64,000 nt of DNA, from contig CAWFKQ010000005.1 in assembly GCA_963816395.1 (NCBI GenBank), forward strand, positions 128,001 through 192,000. Reading direction: 5' to 3'. The notes under the pieces are model-generated. The model was not told the origin of the DNA. It made no database searches and was given only the letters and a program-made list of their open reading frames with translations. The position numbers and the translations under genes were made by a program. This DNA is from an uncultured delta proteobacterium. Lineage in GTDB: Bacteria; Desulfobacterota; Desulfuromonadia; Desulfuromonadales; JACZKF01. Each line of letters starts with the position of its first letter. Positions within the stretch are counted from its first letter, which is position 1. Shown here piece after piece: positions 1 to 11,411 of this stretch.

Positions 1-1009
<1,009 letters not shown>

Positions 1010-1061
1010 CTTGCTACCTCACAACTTTTGACCTTACCTCACCATCCCACTGATTTGAGCC

Positions 1062-2408
1062 ATGGAAAAAGAAGAAATTCTCCGCCTCGACCGCGAGCAT
1101 GTCTGGCATCCCTGTACACAGCAGAAGGACCATGAGTTCCTGCCGCCGATCCCCATCGCGCGGGGGGCGGGCGTCTACCTGGAGGACATGGAGGGGAACC
1201 GCTACATCGACGGGGTTTCCTCCTGGTGGGTCAATCTCTTCGGCCACAACCACCCGCGGCTGAACCGCGCTTTGCAGGAGCAGGCCTCCCGTATTGCCCA
1301 TCACATCTTCGCCGGCTTCACCCACGGGCCGGCGGTCGAACTGGCCAGCCGCCTCTGTCGCCTGGCTCCAGCCGGTCTGAATAAGGTCTTTTTCGCCGAC
1401 AACGGCTCGGCGGCGGTGGAAGTCGCCCTGAAGATGAGCTTCCAGTACTGGCAGCAGACGGGGCGGCCGGGAAAGACCCGCTTCGTCTCGCTCACCGAGG
1501 CATACCACGGCGAGACCCTGGGGGCGCTGGCGGTGGGCGGCTGCGAACTGTACAAGGAGGTTTACCGGCCGATTCTCCGTGAAGGTTTTCAGGTGGCCGG
1601 CCCCGACTGTTTCCGCTGTCCCTACGGACAGGACCGGGGGAATTGCAACGCCGAATGTTTTGCGCCGATGGAACGGCTGTTGACCGATCGCCACAGCGAG
1701 ATCGCCGCAGTCATCATCGAGCCGCTGATCCAGGCGGCCGCCGGCATGCGCATGTATCCCCCCGTCTACCTGCAAAAGTTGCGCACGCTCTGTGATGCCG
1801 TGCGGGTACACTATATCGCCGACGAGATCGCCGTCGGTTTCGGCCGCACCGGTCGGATGTTCGCCAATGAGCATGCCGGGGTCGCCCCCGACCTGATGTG
1901 CCTTTCCAAAGGGATCACCGGCGGCTATCTGCCCCTCTCGGTGACCCTTGCTACCGACGAAATTTATCAGGCCTTTTACGACGATTATCACACCCGGAAG
2001 GCTTTTCTGCATTCCCATTCCTATACCGGCAACCCCCTGGCCTGCGCCGTGGCTGTGGAGGTGCTGAATATCTTCGAAGAGGAACGGATCCTGGACACCC
2101 TGCCGCCAAAGATGCGCCTTCTCGATACCTGGGCCGAAGGTTTCGAAGCGCTGCCGCACGTCGGCGAATTCCGCCGCTGCGGTTTGGTGGCGGCGGTGGA
2201 AATGGTTCAGGAGAAAGAAGGCAAGATCCCCTTCCCCTGGCAGGAACGTCGCGGCCTGGAAGTCTACCGCCGGGCACTGGCCAAGGGAGCCCTCCTGCGC
2301 CCGCTCGGGAACGTCATCTATTTCATGCCGCCGCTGACCATCAGTGAAAGTGAGCTGACGCAGTTGCTCACCATTGCCCGGGAGGCGATTGTCGAAACAA
2401 CCGCCTGA
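1062..2408 (+). CDS. bioA: adenosylmethionine-8-amino-7-oxononanoate aminotransferase
   Basis: [34 protein letters not shown]-Lys in CLSKGITGG; follows bioD. Confidence 0.95.
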   Translation: MEKEEILRLDREHVWHPCTQQKDHEFLPPIPIARGAGVYLEDMEGNRYIDGVSSWWVNLFGHNHPRLNRALQEQASRIAHHIFAGFTHGPAVELASRLCRLAPAGLNKVFFADNGSAAVEVALKMSFQYWQQTGRPGKTRFVSLTEAYHGETLGALAVGGCELYKEVYRPILREGFQVAGPDCFRCPYGQDRGNCNAECFAPMERLLTDRHSEIAAVIIEPLIQAAAGMRMYPPVYLQKLRTLCDAVRVHYIADEIAVGFGRTGRMFANEHAGVAPDLMCLSKGITGGYLPLSVTLATDEIYQAFYDDYHTRKAFLHSHSYTGNPLACAVAVEVLNIFEEERILDTLPPKMRLLDTWAEGFEALPHVGEFRRCGLVAAVEMVQEKEGKIPFPWQERRGLEVYRRALAKGALLRPLGNVIYFMPPLTISESELTQLLTIAREAIVETTA

Positions 2409-2411
2409 AAG

Positions 2412-2445
2412 CAGCGACGGCAGCCGATTTCGGCTGCCGTCGCTG
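2412..2445. terminator. bidirectional intrinsic terminator
   Basis: Perfect 15-bp stem CAGCGACGGCAGCCG-attt-CGGCTGCCGTCGCTG between convergent bioA and exeB. Confidence 0.8.
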
Positions 2446-2467
2446 TTTCGTCCGCCCAGGATTCTTC

Positions 2468-3131
2468 TCAGATCGCCCGCATGCGGAAGCGGGTCTCCCC
2501 GAAACGGAAAATTACCCCGGAAGAGGTGATCTCCTGCAGCACCAGTCGTTCATTGAACGCCTGCCCTTCCCGCAGAATCAGGCCGTTCAGGCGGATCATG
2601 CGGGCGGCCGGGTCGGTGGTGTAGTAATGCAGGCTGATGTTGAGTTCCGGCAGTTCCCCGCGGATGGCGGTCGGCAGGTCCTGCAACAGGGGGAGCGTCT
2701 CCTGCCGGGGCTGATTGCCGGCCGGCGGGGTGGCCGGGGCGATTTTTGCGGGAGCCGTGCGCGGCAGATCCGCCCAACCGGCCGGGGCGGCCAGGGCGGG
2801 CGGCTTTGCCGGCGGGGACGCGGTCTGCGGTCGGTCGGGAATCCCCTGAGTGGCCACCGGCTGGGGAGCCGCCGGTCGTGGCTGAACGGTCGCTGGCGAT
2901 CCCGCGGCATTTTCTGCTGGCGATGCATTTAATGCCGGCAGGCTGCCAGGGGTGCAGCCACCAGAGCAGACAGGCGGCGTTCGCCAGCAGAACCGCCGAT
3001 AGCATAAACGACCAGCGCCTGCGGCCGCTCGGCTTGCCTGGCGCACCGGCAGGCACCGATTGCAGGTCGGGCAGCTCACCGCGCCGCCGCTCTTCTTCCG
3101 ACTTCTTCAGAGCTTCGAGAATGAAAGACAT
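2468..3131 (-). CDS. gspB: general secretion pathway protein B (GspB/ExeB), frameshifted
   Basis: N-term MSFILEALKKSEEER plus TM helix (ORF 2550-3131); C-term T2SSB-like domain LPELNISLHYY..RMIRLNG..LREG..LQEITSSGVIF in ORF 2468-3079; directly downstream of exeA. Confidence 0.8.
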
Positions 3132-3132
3132 T

Positions 3133-4729
3133 CTACCGGTCCTCCGGTAATTTGATCAGTTGCGGCGAACTGCCGCCGAGAGCCGAGTCGAGGTGAATCA
3201 GGGTATTGGGCCCGACCACTCCGTCCGGCGCCAATCCCCGTTCCCGTTGAAATTCCCTGAGGTGTTCCAGCAGGTCCCCTTCCAGTATCATTCCCGACCG
3301 CTTCTTCGCCGGTTCTCTTCGCAGAGCGGCCAATTGCCGTTCAAGCCACGCCACCCCCGGGCCGCGGTCGCCCGGACGAAGGATGCCCGCGAAAGGCGGC
3401 CGGCGCCAGACGACGGAAAATTCCCCCAACCAGCGGTCTTGAAGTTCCTGGATGGGGATAGTCAATTTCTTTCCCTCCAGGACGATGCTCGCCGATTCTT
3501 CCGAGAGCGTCATCAGGGCGGCATGGAACTGCTCTCCCGGGGCGCCGGTCAGAGTCAGCACGGCAGGACGGTTGAGCAGCCGGAGGCTGCCCAGACTCCC
3601 CCGCCGGAACAGGCAGGAAAGGCCGAAGGACTCGGCATACCGGCAGGCCCCGCCCGGTTCCGCCGGCAGGTAGGCCACCCCCCAGGCGGCCAACACGGCT
3701 TGGTAGGCGCTTTCTTCGCTGCCGGCGCCCGCCGGCAGATCGAGCTGCGTCCAGAATGGCTCAGGGACAGCAGCCGGTGCCGGCGGAGGTGGGGATGCAG
3801 CAGTCGCCGGCGCCGGGTTCGGCGGTGTCCCCCGGTCAATCCAGGAGGGAAGAAGCAGCGCCAGGCCGCCGATCAGCAGTAGACTGGCCGCCCAATTCCA
3901 GCGCAGGTGCCGGCGCGGCGCCACCGTCCCGGACCTCGCGGGCTGCCTGATTCAGGAGCCGTAAGGTAACCCGCTCCCGGCCCTGCACATAGGCACCCAG
4001 CAGGGCGCGGTCACAGAGGATGTTGATCCGCCGCGGGATGCCGCCGCTCAGGCGGTAAATCTGCCGGATCAGGCGGTTCGGGAAAAGGGGTTGCCGGCTC
4101 CCGGCCACTGCCAGACGATGGTTGACATATTCCGCAACTTCCCGCTCCGCCAGCGGTTCCAGGTGATAACGGGCAGTGACGCGCTGCGCCAGTTGCCGCA
4201 GTTCGGGACGTGACAGGTGGGTGCGCAGTTCCGGTTGGCCGAGCAGGACAATCTGCAGCAGTTTGCGCCGGTTGGTCTCCAGGTTGGTGAGGAGACGAAG
4301 CTGTTCAAGAACGTCGGCGCTCAGGTTCTGTGCCTCATCGATAATCAGCACGTTTCGTCGTCCGGCAGCGTGAGATTCGAGCAGAAAAGCGTTCAGCCGA
4401 TCGATGAACAGCTTGTGGCCGGTGTTCCCCGGCGGATAGTCGATACCGAATTCGTCACAGATGGTCGCCAGCAGCTCGAGAGTGGAGAGCCGGGGATTGA
4501 TGATGTAGGCAACTCGGGTGTCCGCCGGCAGTTGTTCCAGCAGACAACGGCAGACCGTGGTCTTTCCCGTTCCCACTTCCCCGGTCAGGAGGATGAAGCC
4601 CCCGTCGTGACGGATGCCGTAGAGGAGATGGGCCAGCGCCTCCCGGTGGCGTTCACTCATAAAGAGATAGCGTGGATCGGGGGCGATGGAAAAAGGATTG
4701 TCCTGCAGGCCGAAATGGTCGTTGTACAT
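3133..4729 (-). CDS. exeA: ExeA/GspA AAA ATPase with C-terminal peptidoglycan-binding domain, frameshifted near 3900
   Basis: MYNDHFGL..PFSIAPDPRYLF, GEVGTGKTT, IIDEAQNL, GQPEL; second frame has a TM helix and FQRERGLAPDGVVGPNT (PG-binding). Confidence 0.88.
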
Positions 4730-5050
4730 GGATGGATGGCCTTCGTTCCAGACGGGAATTAAACACTGGCGCGTTTCGATTCGGAAACGAGCAATTTTTC
4801 GCAAGGTCAAGGAAATCAAGGCATTGCGCGGAGGCGTCATCGTACGCCGCACAAGCAAGGCCGCAGATTGACGCAGAGATTGCGAAAAAGGGCCGTTTCC
4901 GGACAGAAACTAATGAATTCCGCAATCATAGCAGCATCCAGGGGAAAGCACAATTGCTTGCCCGACCTCCTGTTTCTTGCAATAACCGCCCACTACGCTT
5001 TACTTGGGGTATATGCAAGGGAGCTGGACCGGCGACGGCGGAAATGGATC

Positions 5051-7291
5051 ATGTGGCTGAAACGCTTTTTCTGGCGATGGATAGTCAGCCGGATGGCTCG
5101 CTCAGGGGGCTTCATCGATCCGCTTGAGATCCTTTCCCGTCTGGAGAACTTTGCCCAGCCGGCGGAAGTCAAGGAGCCTCTGGAGTTGTTGCGGGCGGGT
5201 ATGCTCTTCCATGCCCGCGGCCTGCTCAATACCGGCGCCATTCAGCACAACCTGGACTGGATCTGGCCCTTCTGGGTGGTTCGGCAGTATGATCCGCACG
5301 ATCCGGCTTTCATTCCCCTCGCTTTTTCTCTCACCCACATCAATCTCACCCACCGCAACTGGACCGCTATCGGCCTGCCCGACCTTCCCGAGCTGCCGAT
5401 TGTCGACCCGAGCGGCCTGCTCACGCCCTTCTGGGACGGCTGGTCATTGGATCTCTGGCTGGCGGCCGAGGATGGCCGTCGCCTTTACCCCTCGCGCCTG
5501 CCCGCAGTGGAACAGCACCTGGAAACAACGGACGGCCTGGCGGTCTATCACCCGCTGCCGGGACGGGGACTTGGAGATCATTTCCCGCGCCGAGGTCTGT
5601 TCGACGGGAGGTCAGCCGCAGTGTCGGCTGACCGTGACCGCCAGCAGTGCCGCACCGGCCAGGCTGGTCGTTGCTCTTCGCCCCTACAACCCGGAAGGGG
5701 TCAGCTTCCTCCATGCCATCCGTATGGAGGCGGACCGCGGCGGCTGGCATCTTGAACGCGGCCGGCGGGTCCAGTTCAGCGAACCGGCCGAGAGCTGGCA
5801 CTTTTCCAATTACCGGCAGGGAGATGTGCACGCGCGCCTGTTCTCGCCGGCGACTGTCGACCGGATCGACTGCAAGGTGGGTATGGCCACCGCCGCCGCC
5901 CTGTTCTCCGTTCCGCCCGCCGGCACCCGCCGTCTTGAAGTGAAGTGTGCCCCTCTCCCCAACCCCTTCAGTTGCAGAAACTCCGACGTGGGGAGAGGCT
6001 TTGCGGGGAGTGGTCGCGGCCACCCTGCCGGAGGGGAAGTTCCAGACACTGTTCGATGCGGCGGTGCGTACTCTCATCCTGCATTCCCCCGGCACCGTTT
6101 TCCCCGGCCCTTATACCTATCGGCGCTTCTGGTTCCGCGATGCCGCATTCATCCTGCACGCCCTGCTTTGTCTGGGATTGACCGAGCGCGCCAGGCGCAT
6201 CCTCGACACGTTTCCCGGCCGGCAGACCGGCACAGGATTTTTCTATTCCCAGGCAGGGGAATGGGATGCCAACGGCGAGGCCTTGTGGATTTTTGCCCGC
6301 TACTGCCAGCTGACCGGACAGCCACCGGCAGCGGCCTGGCAAGTGGCGGTGCGGCGCGGCGCCCGCTGGCTGCAGCGCAAACGGCTGCCGGCCAGCGCCG
6401 GAGAGCGGGTCGGCGGTCTGCTGCCGGCCGGTTTCAGCGCCGAGCACCTGGGGCCGAGCGATTATTATTACTGGGACGATTTCTGGGCGGTTTCTGGTCT
6501 GCGTGCCGCCGCCGACCTCCTGGCCCGTTACGGCGACAGCCGGGGGGGGGACACGAGCGGCCGAGCGGCCGAGGAACTGCTGCAGGCAATCGATCGCAGC
6601 CTGGCGCTGGCCGGCCTGCTCCGACCAATCCGGCATGCCGGCCTCCCCCTATCGAAGAATGGATTCGGGAGCCGTCGGCTCACTGGCCGCCGGCTACCCC
6701 CTGCAGCTCTTCTCGCCCCGTGACCCGCGTCTGCTCGCCACAGCTTCCTTTCTGTACGAAAACTGTCTGATAGACGGCGGGTATTTCCAGAGCATCAAGC
6801 ATTCCGGAATCAATCCCTATCTCACTCTCCACTTGGCGCAGATACTTCTGCGGGCCGGCGACGACCGCTGTTTCCATCTGGTGCGGGCGGTGGCGGATCT
6901 AGCCTCGCCGACCGGACAGTGGCCGGAAGCGGTCCATCCTCGCACCCGCGGCGGCTGCATGGGCGACGGGCAGCACGTCTGGGCCGCCGCCGAGTGGGTG
7001 ATGTGGCTGCGCAATGCTTTTCTGCGCGAAGAGGGAGACCGCCTCATTCTAGCCTCTGGAATCTTCCCCGAATGGCTGCGCTCTCCCCAGCCGATTTCCT
7101 TCGGCCCGGCCCCGACCGACTTCGGCCCGGTTGGCATCTTCCTGCAGTCGCGGCCGGAAGGCGTGGAAATCCGCTGGCAAGCAGCATGGCGAGGGACCCC
7201 GCCGGAACTCGAAATCAGTCTTCCAGGCTGCCACCCGGTCCGGCCGCCGGTCACCGCCTCCACCGTGCTTGTTCCCTATCTCCCCCCATGA
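5051..7291 (+). CDS. large hypothetical protein with six-hairpin glycosidase-like C-terminal domain; about 3 frameshifts
   Basis: Coding-like segments in ORFs 4868-5755, 5124-6770 (middle), 5947-6723 and 6503-7291; PGPYTYRRFWFRDAAF, GEWDANGE, YYYWDDFW, GQWPEA, HVWAAAE resemble GH15/GH63-type (alpha/alpha)6 motifs. Confidence 0.65.
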
Positions 7292-7331
7292 CATGGTGAA
7301 AGGAGTCGCGGTCTTCTCCCTGATATCGCGG

Positions 7332-7757
7332 CTATCGCCGTTCCTGAACGCCCTGGAGTTTCATCAGTCGTTCCAGCCGCTCCTGGGCCTCGATGGACAA
7401 AGTCGCCAGCGGACTCGCCACCAGACGGCGCAGTCCGATCTCCTCCCCCGTTTCCTCGCAATAGCCATAGGTCCCTTCCTCGATCCGGACCAACGCGCTG
7501 TCAATCTTCACCAACAGATTACGGCACCTTTCACGGCTCTTGAGATTGAAGGCGAGATCGGCCTCGAGCAATCCCTGGTCGACCATATCGGCCTCCCTGG
7601 TCTTCTCCTCCCGCATCCGCTCCAAGGTACCCTGCGACTCCTGCATAAGCTGGCGGCGCCACTGCAGCAGTTTCTCCTGAAAATATTCCAGGTGCTGCCG
7701 ACACATATAGGGTTCATCTTCCGAGGGACGATATTCATCCGTTAGCTGATCTTTCAC
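7332..7757 (-). CDS. dksA: RNA polymerase-binding protein DksA (single-Cys, CxxT-x17-SxxA type)
   Basis: YRPSEDEPYM..LEYF, coiled coil with DMVDQG, GTYGYCEETGEEIGLRRL..PLATLSIEAQERLE; GGAGG RBS before GTG. Confidence 0.88.
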   Translation of the reverse strand: MKDQLTDEYRPSEDEPYMCRQHLEYFQEKLLQWRRQLMQESQGTLERMREEKTREADMVDQGLLEADLAFNLKSRERCRNLLVKIDSALVRIEEGTYGYCEETGEEIGLRRLVASPLATLSIEAQERLERLMKLQGVQERR

Positions 7758-7914
7758 GCTGGGTGCCTCCTGTGACCTCGATCTCTCGTCGAGGCAAATT
7801 TGAGATTGGTGAAATTTAACATGGTACCCACAGCTGTCAAGCCTCCTTGGAAATCAGGTAATTCAAAGCCAGTATCAATGCCATCCATTCTCCTGATTCG
7901 CACCATCCTCCACG

Positions 7915-7940
7915 AAAAAGGGCCGCCTGTTTGGCGGCCC
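7915..7940 (-). terminator. intrinsic terminator
   Basis: GGGCCGCC-n5-GGCGGCCC stem with a U5 tail on the minus strand, just after the small lipoprotein gene. Confidence 0.7.
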
Positions 7941-7965
7941 TGATTGGTCATTCGGTCTCCTTCTC

Positions 7966-8124
7966 TTACTGTTTTCCCTGTTCATAGCCCCGATGGAACT
8001 CATGGGCGCCCTGTTTTACCTCCTGCGCCGCCTCTCCTGTCGCCTTGCCTGTAGAATAACAACCGGAGATGCTGGTAAGCGCCAGGAGCGCAAAGGCCAT
8101 CGCGGTCAGAAGTCTCTTGATCAT
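7966..8124 (-). CDS. 52-aa small lipoprotein (not in ORF track)
   Basis: MIKRLLTAMAFALLALTSISGC-YSTGKATGEAAQEVKQGAHEFHRGYEQGKQ; lipobox ISGC, AAGGAG RBS, downstream terminator. Confidence 0.8.
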   Translation of the reverse strand: MIKRLLTAMAFALLALTSISGCYSTGKATGEAAQEVKQGAHEFHRGYEQGKQ

Positions 8125-8219
8125 AAAAATTTCTCCTTTCCAATGCTTGTTGCCTTTTCAAATCAGTCTATCTCAAGGTGAGAGAAACGCCACCTGCTTC
8201 ATCAGGAATGTAATCGTTC

Positions 8220-8648
8220 TCAATGCACGATCCGCAGGTTGTGCGGAGCGCTCGGCGCCCGCGGAGCCTTATCCATCTCCCAGTAGGGAGAAACGCCGAA
8301 ATAACGGTGGATGGCCCGTCCCCTTTCGCGGTCGGTGACATCCTGGGCTTCGAAAGGCGTTCGCTCGAACCGCTCGGCATCGATCCGCAGGCGAACCGCC
8401 TGGGTGGCCGGCAGGATCTCGGTCGCCAGCCACGGGATGACGATGCGACGATCACCCTCTCCGGCAGGTGCCACCAGCAGATAGCCAACGCGCCCCTCTG
8501 CCAAATCGACCAGAATCGCCACCACCTTCCCCACCTCGGCGCCTTCAGCACTCTGTACGGTGAAACCCCGCAGTCGGTCGGCGGTAAGGAGCGCCGCCGG
8601 CGTGACTGACGGGGCAATTACCAGGGCAAATACCAGTGCCGCCAGCAT
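8220..8648 (-). CDS. exported PRC-barrel domain protein (start uncertain)
   Basis: Signal-like MLAALVFALV; LRGFTVQSAEGAEVGKV..VDLAEGRVGYLLV..IPW; C-term IHRYFGVSPYW. Confidence 0.7.
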   Translation of the reverse strand: MLAALVFALVIAPSVTPAALLTADRLRGFTVQSAEGAEVGKVVAILVDLAEGRVGYLLVAPAGEGDRRIVIPWLATEILPATQAVRLRIDAERFERTPFEAQDVTDRERGRAIHRYFGVSPYWEMDKAPRAPSAPHNLRIVH

Positions 8649-8686
8649 CCGCCGCAACCCTGTCGGCCATTCTGTGCCGAACGCGC

Positions 8687-8905
8687 TCAATGGCGTTCCG
8701 GCCGCTCCCGCCGGATCTGTTCGCGGGTTACCGTACCGTCCAGGTGATGGATCTGAAAATCGGCATTCATCTGCCGGCACAGTTCGCGGCCGAATTTTTC
8801 CGCCTCTCCCCGGGAGGTGAAGTGGCCCGCATCCTGATCGGCCCCCAGGTTCTTGATGATCCAGCCACCCTGCGGATCGGGAAGCATGTGAACTGTCTTG
8901 GCCAT
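8687..8905 (-). CDS. DUF2188 family protein
   Basis: HMLPDPQGGWIIK..HFTSRGEAEKFGRELCRQ..IHHLDG; AAGGAG RBS. Confidence 0.75.
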   Translation of the reverse strand: MAKTVHMLPDPQGGWIIKNLGADQDAGHFTSRGEAEKFGRELCRQMNADFQIHHLDGTVTREQIRRERPERH

Positions 8906-9014
8906 AAAGCGGCATTCTCCTTTTGGTGCGCGCCAGGAAACCATCCTGGCACCTCTCCGACAACCGTAGCATTTCCCCGGCGCGCTGCAAGCGAGTTGGC
9001 TTGCCGGGAAATTC

Positions 9015-9998
9015 TCAATAAAAAAGAGAGCAGGTGCGGTGCCGCGGTCGGACCCGGTAGCGCGGCCATTGGCCTCGATGCCAGAGGAAATTATCGAGTT
9101 GCAGGGCATTCACCGGCCGTCCGCCACGGGCCAGTTCAGCTACCAGCAATTCGCCGGCACACACGGCGCAGGCACGGATTTCCACTTCCCCTATGCTGCC
9201 GGCCGGCAATTGCCGGCCGCTGTCGATATGCGCAGCGAGATCCTCCCGGTAGCGCAGCACTCCGTCTTCCCGCAGGACGTGCGGCACCAGGTTGTCGGCG
9301 AGAATGGTCAGACGATCGATATCATCGAAGCAGCCTGGGCCTTGGCCGGCGAAAGCGATGTGCAGATCAGCTGCGGTGATCTGCGCCCGTTTATAGAATG
9401 GGACGGGGTGCCCGCGGTATTCCGCCACATCACGGTAGGCGGGCATTTCCCGGAGAATCTGCACCAGCCTTTCGGCCGAACCGCCGGCCGCCTCGACCAC
9501 CTCGGCGAACCGGCCGTTAAAGCGTCGCAACAGGAAGTGTCCGAGGTCGTTGAGGGCGCCGGCAAACAGAGCCATCAGCGTGCCGGCGTGGGGATTTTCC
9601 ATTTTTTGGCCGAACAGGGCGGCACATTCCGCCGCCGAAAGGTTTGCCAGGCTGGCGGCGCTGAATGGTCCCTGGCGGCGGAAGCGCTCAGCGAGAGCGG
9701 AGGCTACCATTGCATAGCCGGACCGGCCAGGCGGTTTCACCAGCGAGGGAAAGTAGCCGGAGCCGAAATTGATGCTGTCCAGGGTGAGGAAAAAAGCGAC
9801 CGTCCCCTCACCCTGCTCAAGGTAGTGAACGGCCGCGTCCATCTGCAGTACCTCCAGCTTTTCCGTGGAGAGCTCGGCAGCGTAGTCGGGGAGCCGCCGG
9901 TCATCGATATGCACCAGTTGCGCCTGCGCCGCCACCTCCCGGCAGGCGCAGCGTATCTGCTCCAAAAGAGAATTGCCGGCCACTATTCCTGCTTCCAT
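9015..9998 (-). CDS. queuosine salvage hydrolase (DUF2419/Qng1 family)
   Basis: LDSINFGSG, FYKRAQI, LTILADNLVPHVLR..GVL.Y, EVEIRA, LDNFLW, HRT.SLFY C-terminus. Confidence 0.85.
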   Translation of the reverse strand: MEAGIVAGNSLLEQIRCACREVAAQAQLVHIDDRRLPDYAAELSTEKLEVLQMDAAVHYLEQGEGTVAFFLTLDSINFGSGYFPSLVKPPGRSGYAMVASALAERFRRQGPFSAASLANLSAAECAALFGQKMENPHAGTLMALFAGALNDLGHFLLRRFNGRFAEVVEAAGGSAERLVQILREMPAYRDVAEYRGHPVPFYKRAQITAADLHIAFAGQGPGCFDDIDRLTILADNLVPHVLREDGVLRYREDLAAHIDSGRQLPAGSIGEVEIRACAVCAGELLVAELARGGRPVNALQLDNFLWHRGQWPRYRVRPRHRTCSLFY

Positions 9999-10069
9999 TT
10001 CCCACTCCCTGCAAAAACAGCGACAGACCGCAGGAACAGTTGGTCTATCTCCCCCTCTCTACCCCACTT

Positions 10070-10474
10070 TTATAAAAGCTCGAGAAGGTAAGTGAACTGT
10101 TCATCAACCTGCAGCCGGCGCATGATTTCCCTGGCCTCCGCCCGGCACGGCTGGGGCACCGCCAGGCAGAACTGTTTCCGGTAGTGTCTGGCGTAGGCGG
10201 AAAACAGGGCGATCTGCCGCCCGGCAATCTGGCTCCGCAGAGTATCGGCAGTCTCGACCTGAAACAGGTAGTCCGTTCGGTTTTTGCGGGCCATGATATC
10301 CGGCATAAAGCCTTCGTCGGAATTTTCCCAGTAAATGATAACTGGGCGATTGCCGGCGAATTCTTCCAGGCGCGAGGCGCGAATATCGGAGTAGCCCCGT
10401 TTATCCAGAACCTGCATCAGTTTTCGGATCAACTCTTCCCGATCCTTTTGCAGTTCATCGGCGTTCTTGGCCAT
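10070..10474 (-). CDS. hypothetical protein, PD-(D/E)XK-like pattern
   Basis: ORF with GGAGGAG RBS; PDIMARKNRTDYLFQVET then helix and FCLAVP strand. Confidence 0.6.
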   Translation of the reverse strand: MAKNADELQKDREELIRKLMQVLDKRGYSDIRASRLEEFAGNRPVIIYWENSDEGFMPDIMARKNRTDYLFQVETADTLRSQIAGRQIALFSAYARHYRKQFCLAVPQPCRAEAREIMRRLQVDEQFTYLLELL

Positions 10475-10762
10475 AGGAGATCTCCTCCAGACAGAATGGC
10501 TATGAAGGTGCTTACCTCTCAATCTTACCCCAATTCTGCACCAGTCAAAATGCCCCGGCCGTTCTCCGGGACAGGGTCGGAGTTGACATTTGCACAATCG
10601 CCGATTTAGCGAGAAAGTACCTTCAGTTTTATGAGCTTACTTTATGAATTATAGAACGAATTGTGGGAAGGGCTGCCCGCCAGGGCGTTCTTGTCTTGAT
10701 CAAATCCTGGGTAGCGGCGAGGTGACTTCCGCCTTATCCATGAATTTTACGGTGGCTTCCAG

Positions 10763-11248
10763 TCACCCCTGTACCTGGCCGCGGTTCAGCATCAGCCACA
10801 ACCAGCGCAGCGCCAGCGCGCCAAGAATGACCACGAAGAGAACGAAAGCGATCACCAATGCGCACAGCCCCCAGATGAAAATGCGGCTGACCGCCGTCGT
10901 GCGCCGCGGCCGCTCGAGAAATTCACCGAGCAGACGGACATTGCGCAGGTTGGCTTTCCAGGCGAAATCGAACAGGTCGCCGAGAAATGGGATGGCGCCG
11001 AGAATGGCGTCCAGCGCAATATTGAAGGCCATCTTCAGCAGCACCGGCCGCGGGGCGCCCAGGCGCCCCGCTTCTGCCAGGATATAGCTGGAGGCAAGAG
11101 CACCTAGGGTATCGCCGAATCCTGGCAGGAGACCGAGCAGCCCGTCCAGGCCGATGCGGAAATTGAGCCCCGGCAGCGGTATCGAGCTGTCGAGCAACCA
11201 GGCCAGTCTTTCCAGGCGCCTATGCTTCAGTCTCCGTCTATCTTCCAC
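10763..11248 (-). CDS. DUF4112 domain membrane protein
   Basis: LAWLLDSSIPLPG..RIGLDGLLGLLPGFGD..GAIPFLGDLFDFAWKANLRN. Confidence 0.85.
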   Translation of the reverse strand: MEDRRRLKHRRLERLAWLLDSSIPLPGLNFRIGLDGLLGLLPGFGDTLGALASSYILAEAGRLGAPRPVLLKMAFNIALDAILGAIPFLGDLFDFAWKANLRNVRLLGEFLERPRRTTAVSRIFIWGLCALVIAFVLFVVILGALALRWLWLMLNRGQVQG

Positions 11249-11411
11249 GGTGGTTTCCGGTTAGTGGACCAATCCGGGAGTCGCCCACCCCTGTTTTCTC
11301 GCGGCTCGCTGGTACAATAATACCGTCCTATCCGGAAAAGTCCGGAGGTCGGCAGAGGGGTCGCAATTTCGAGGTGAACCATCCTCGTAGCTGCTGGAGT
11401 GTTGCCGGGTC

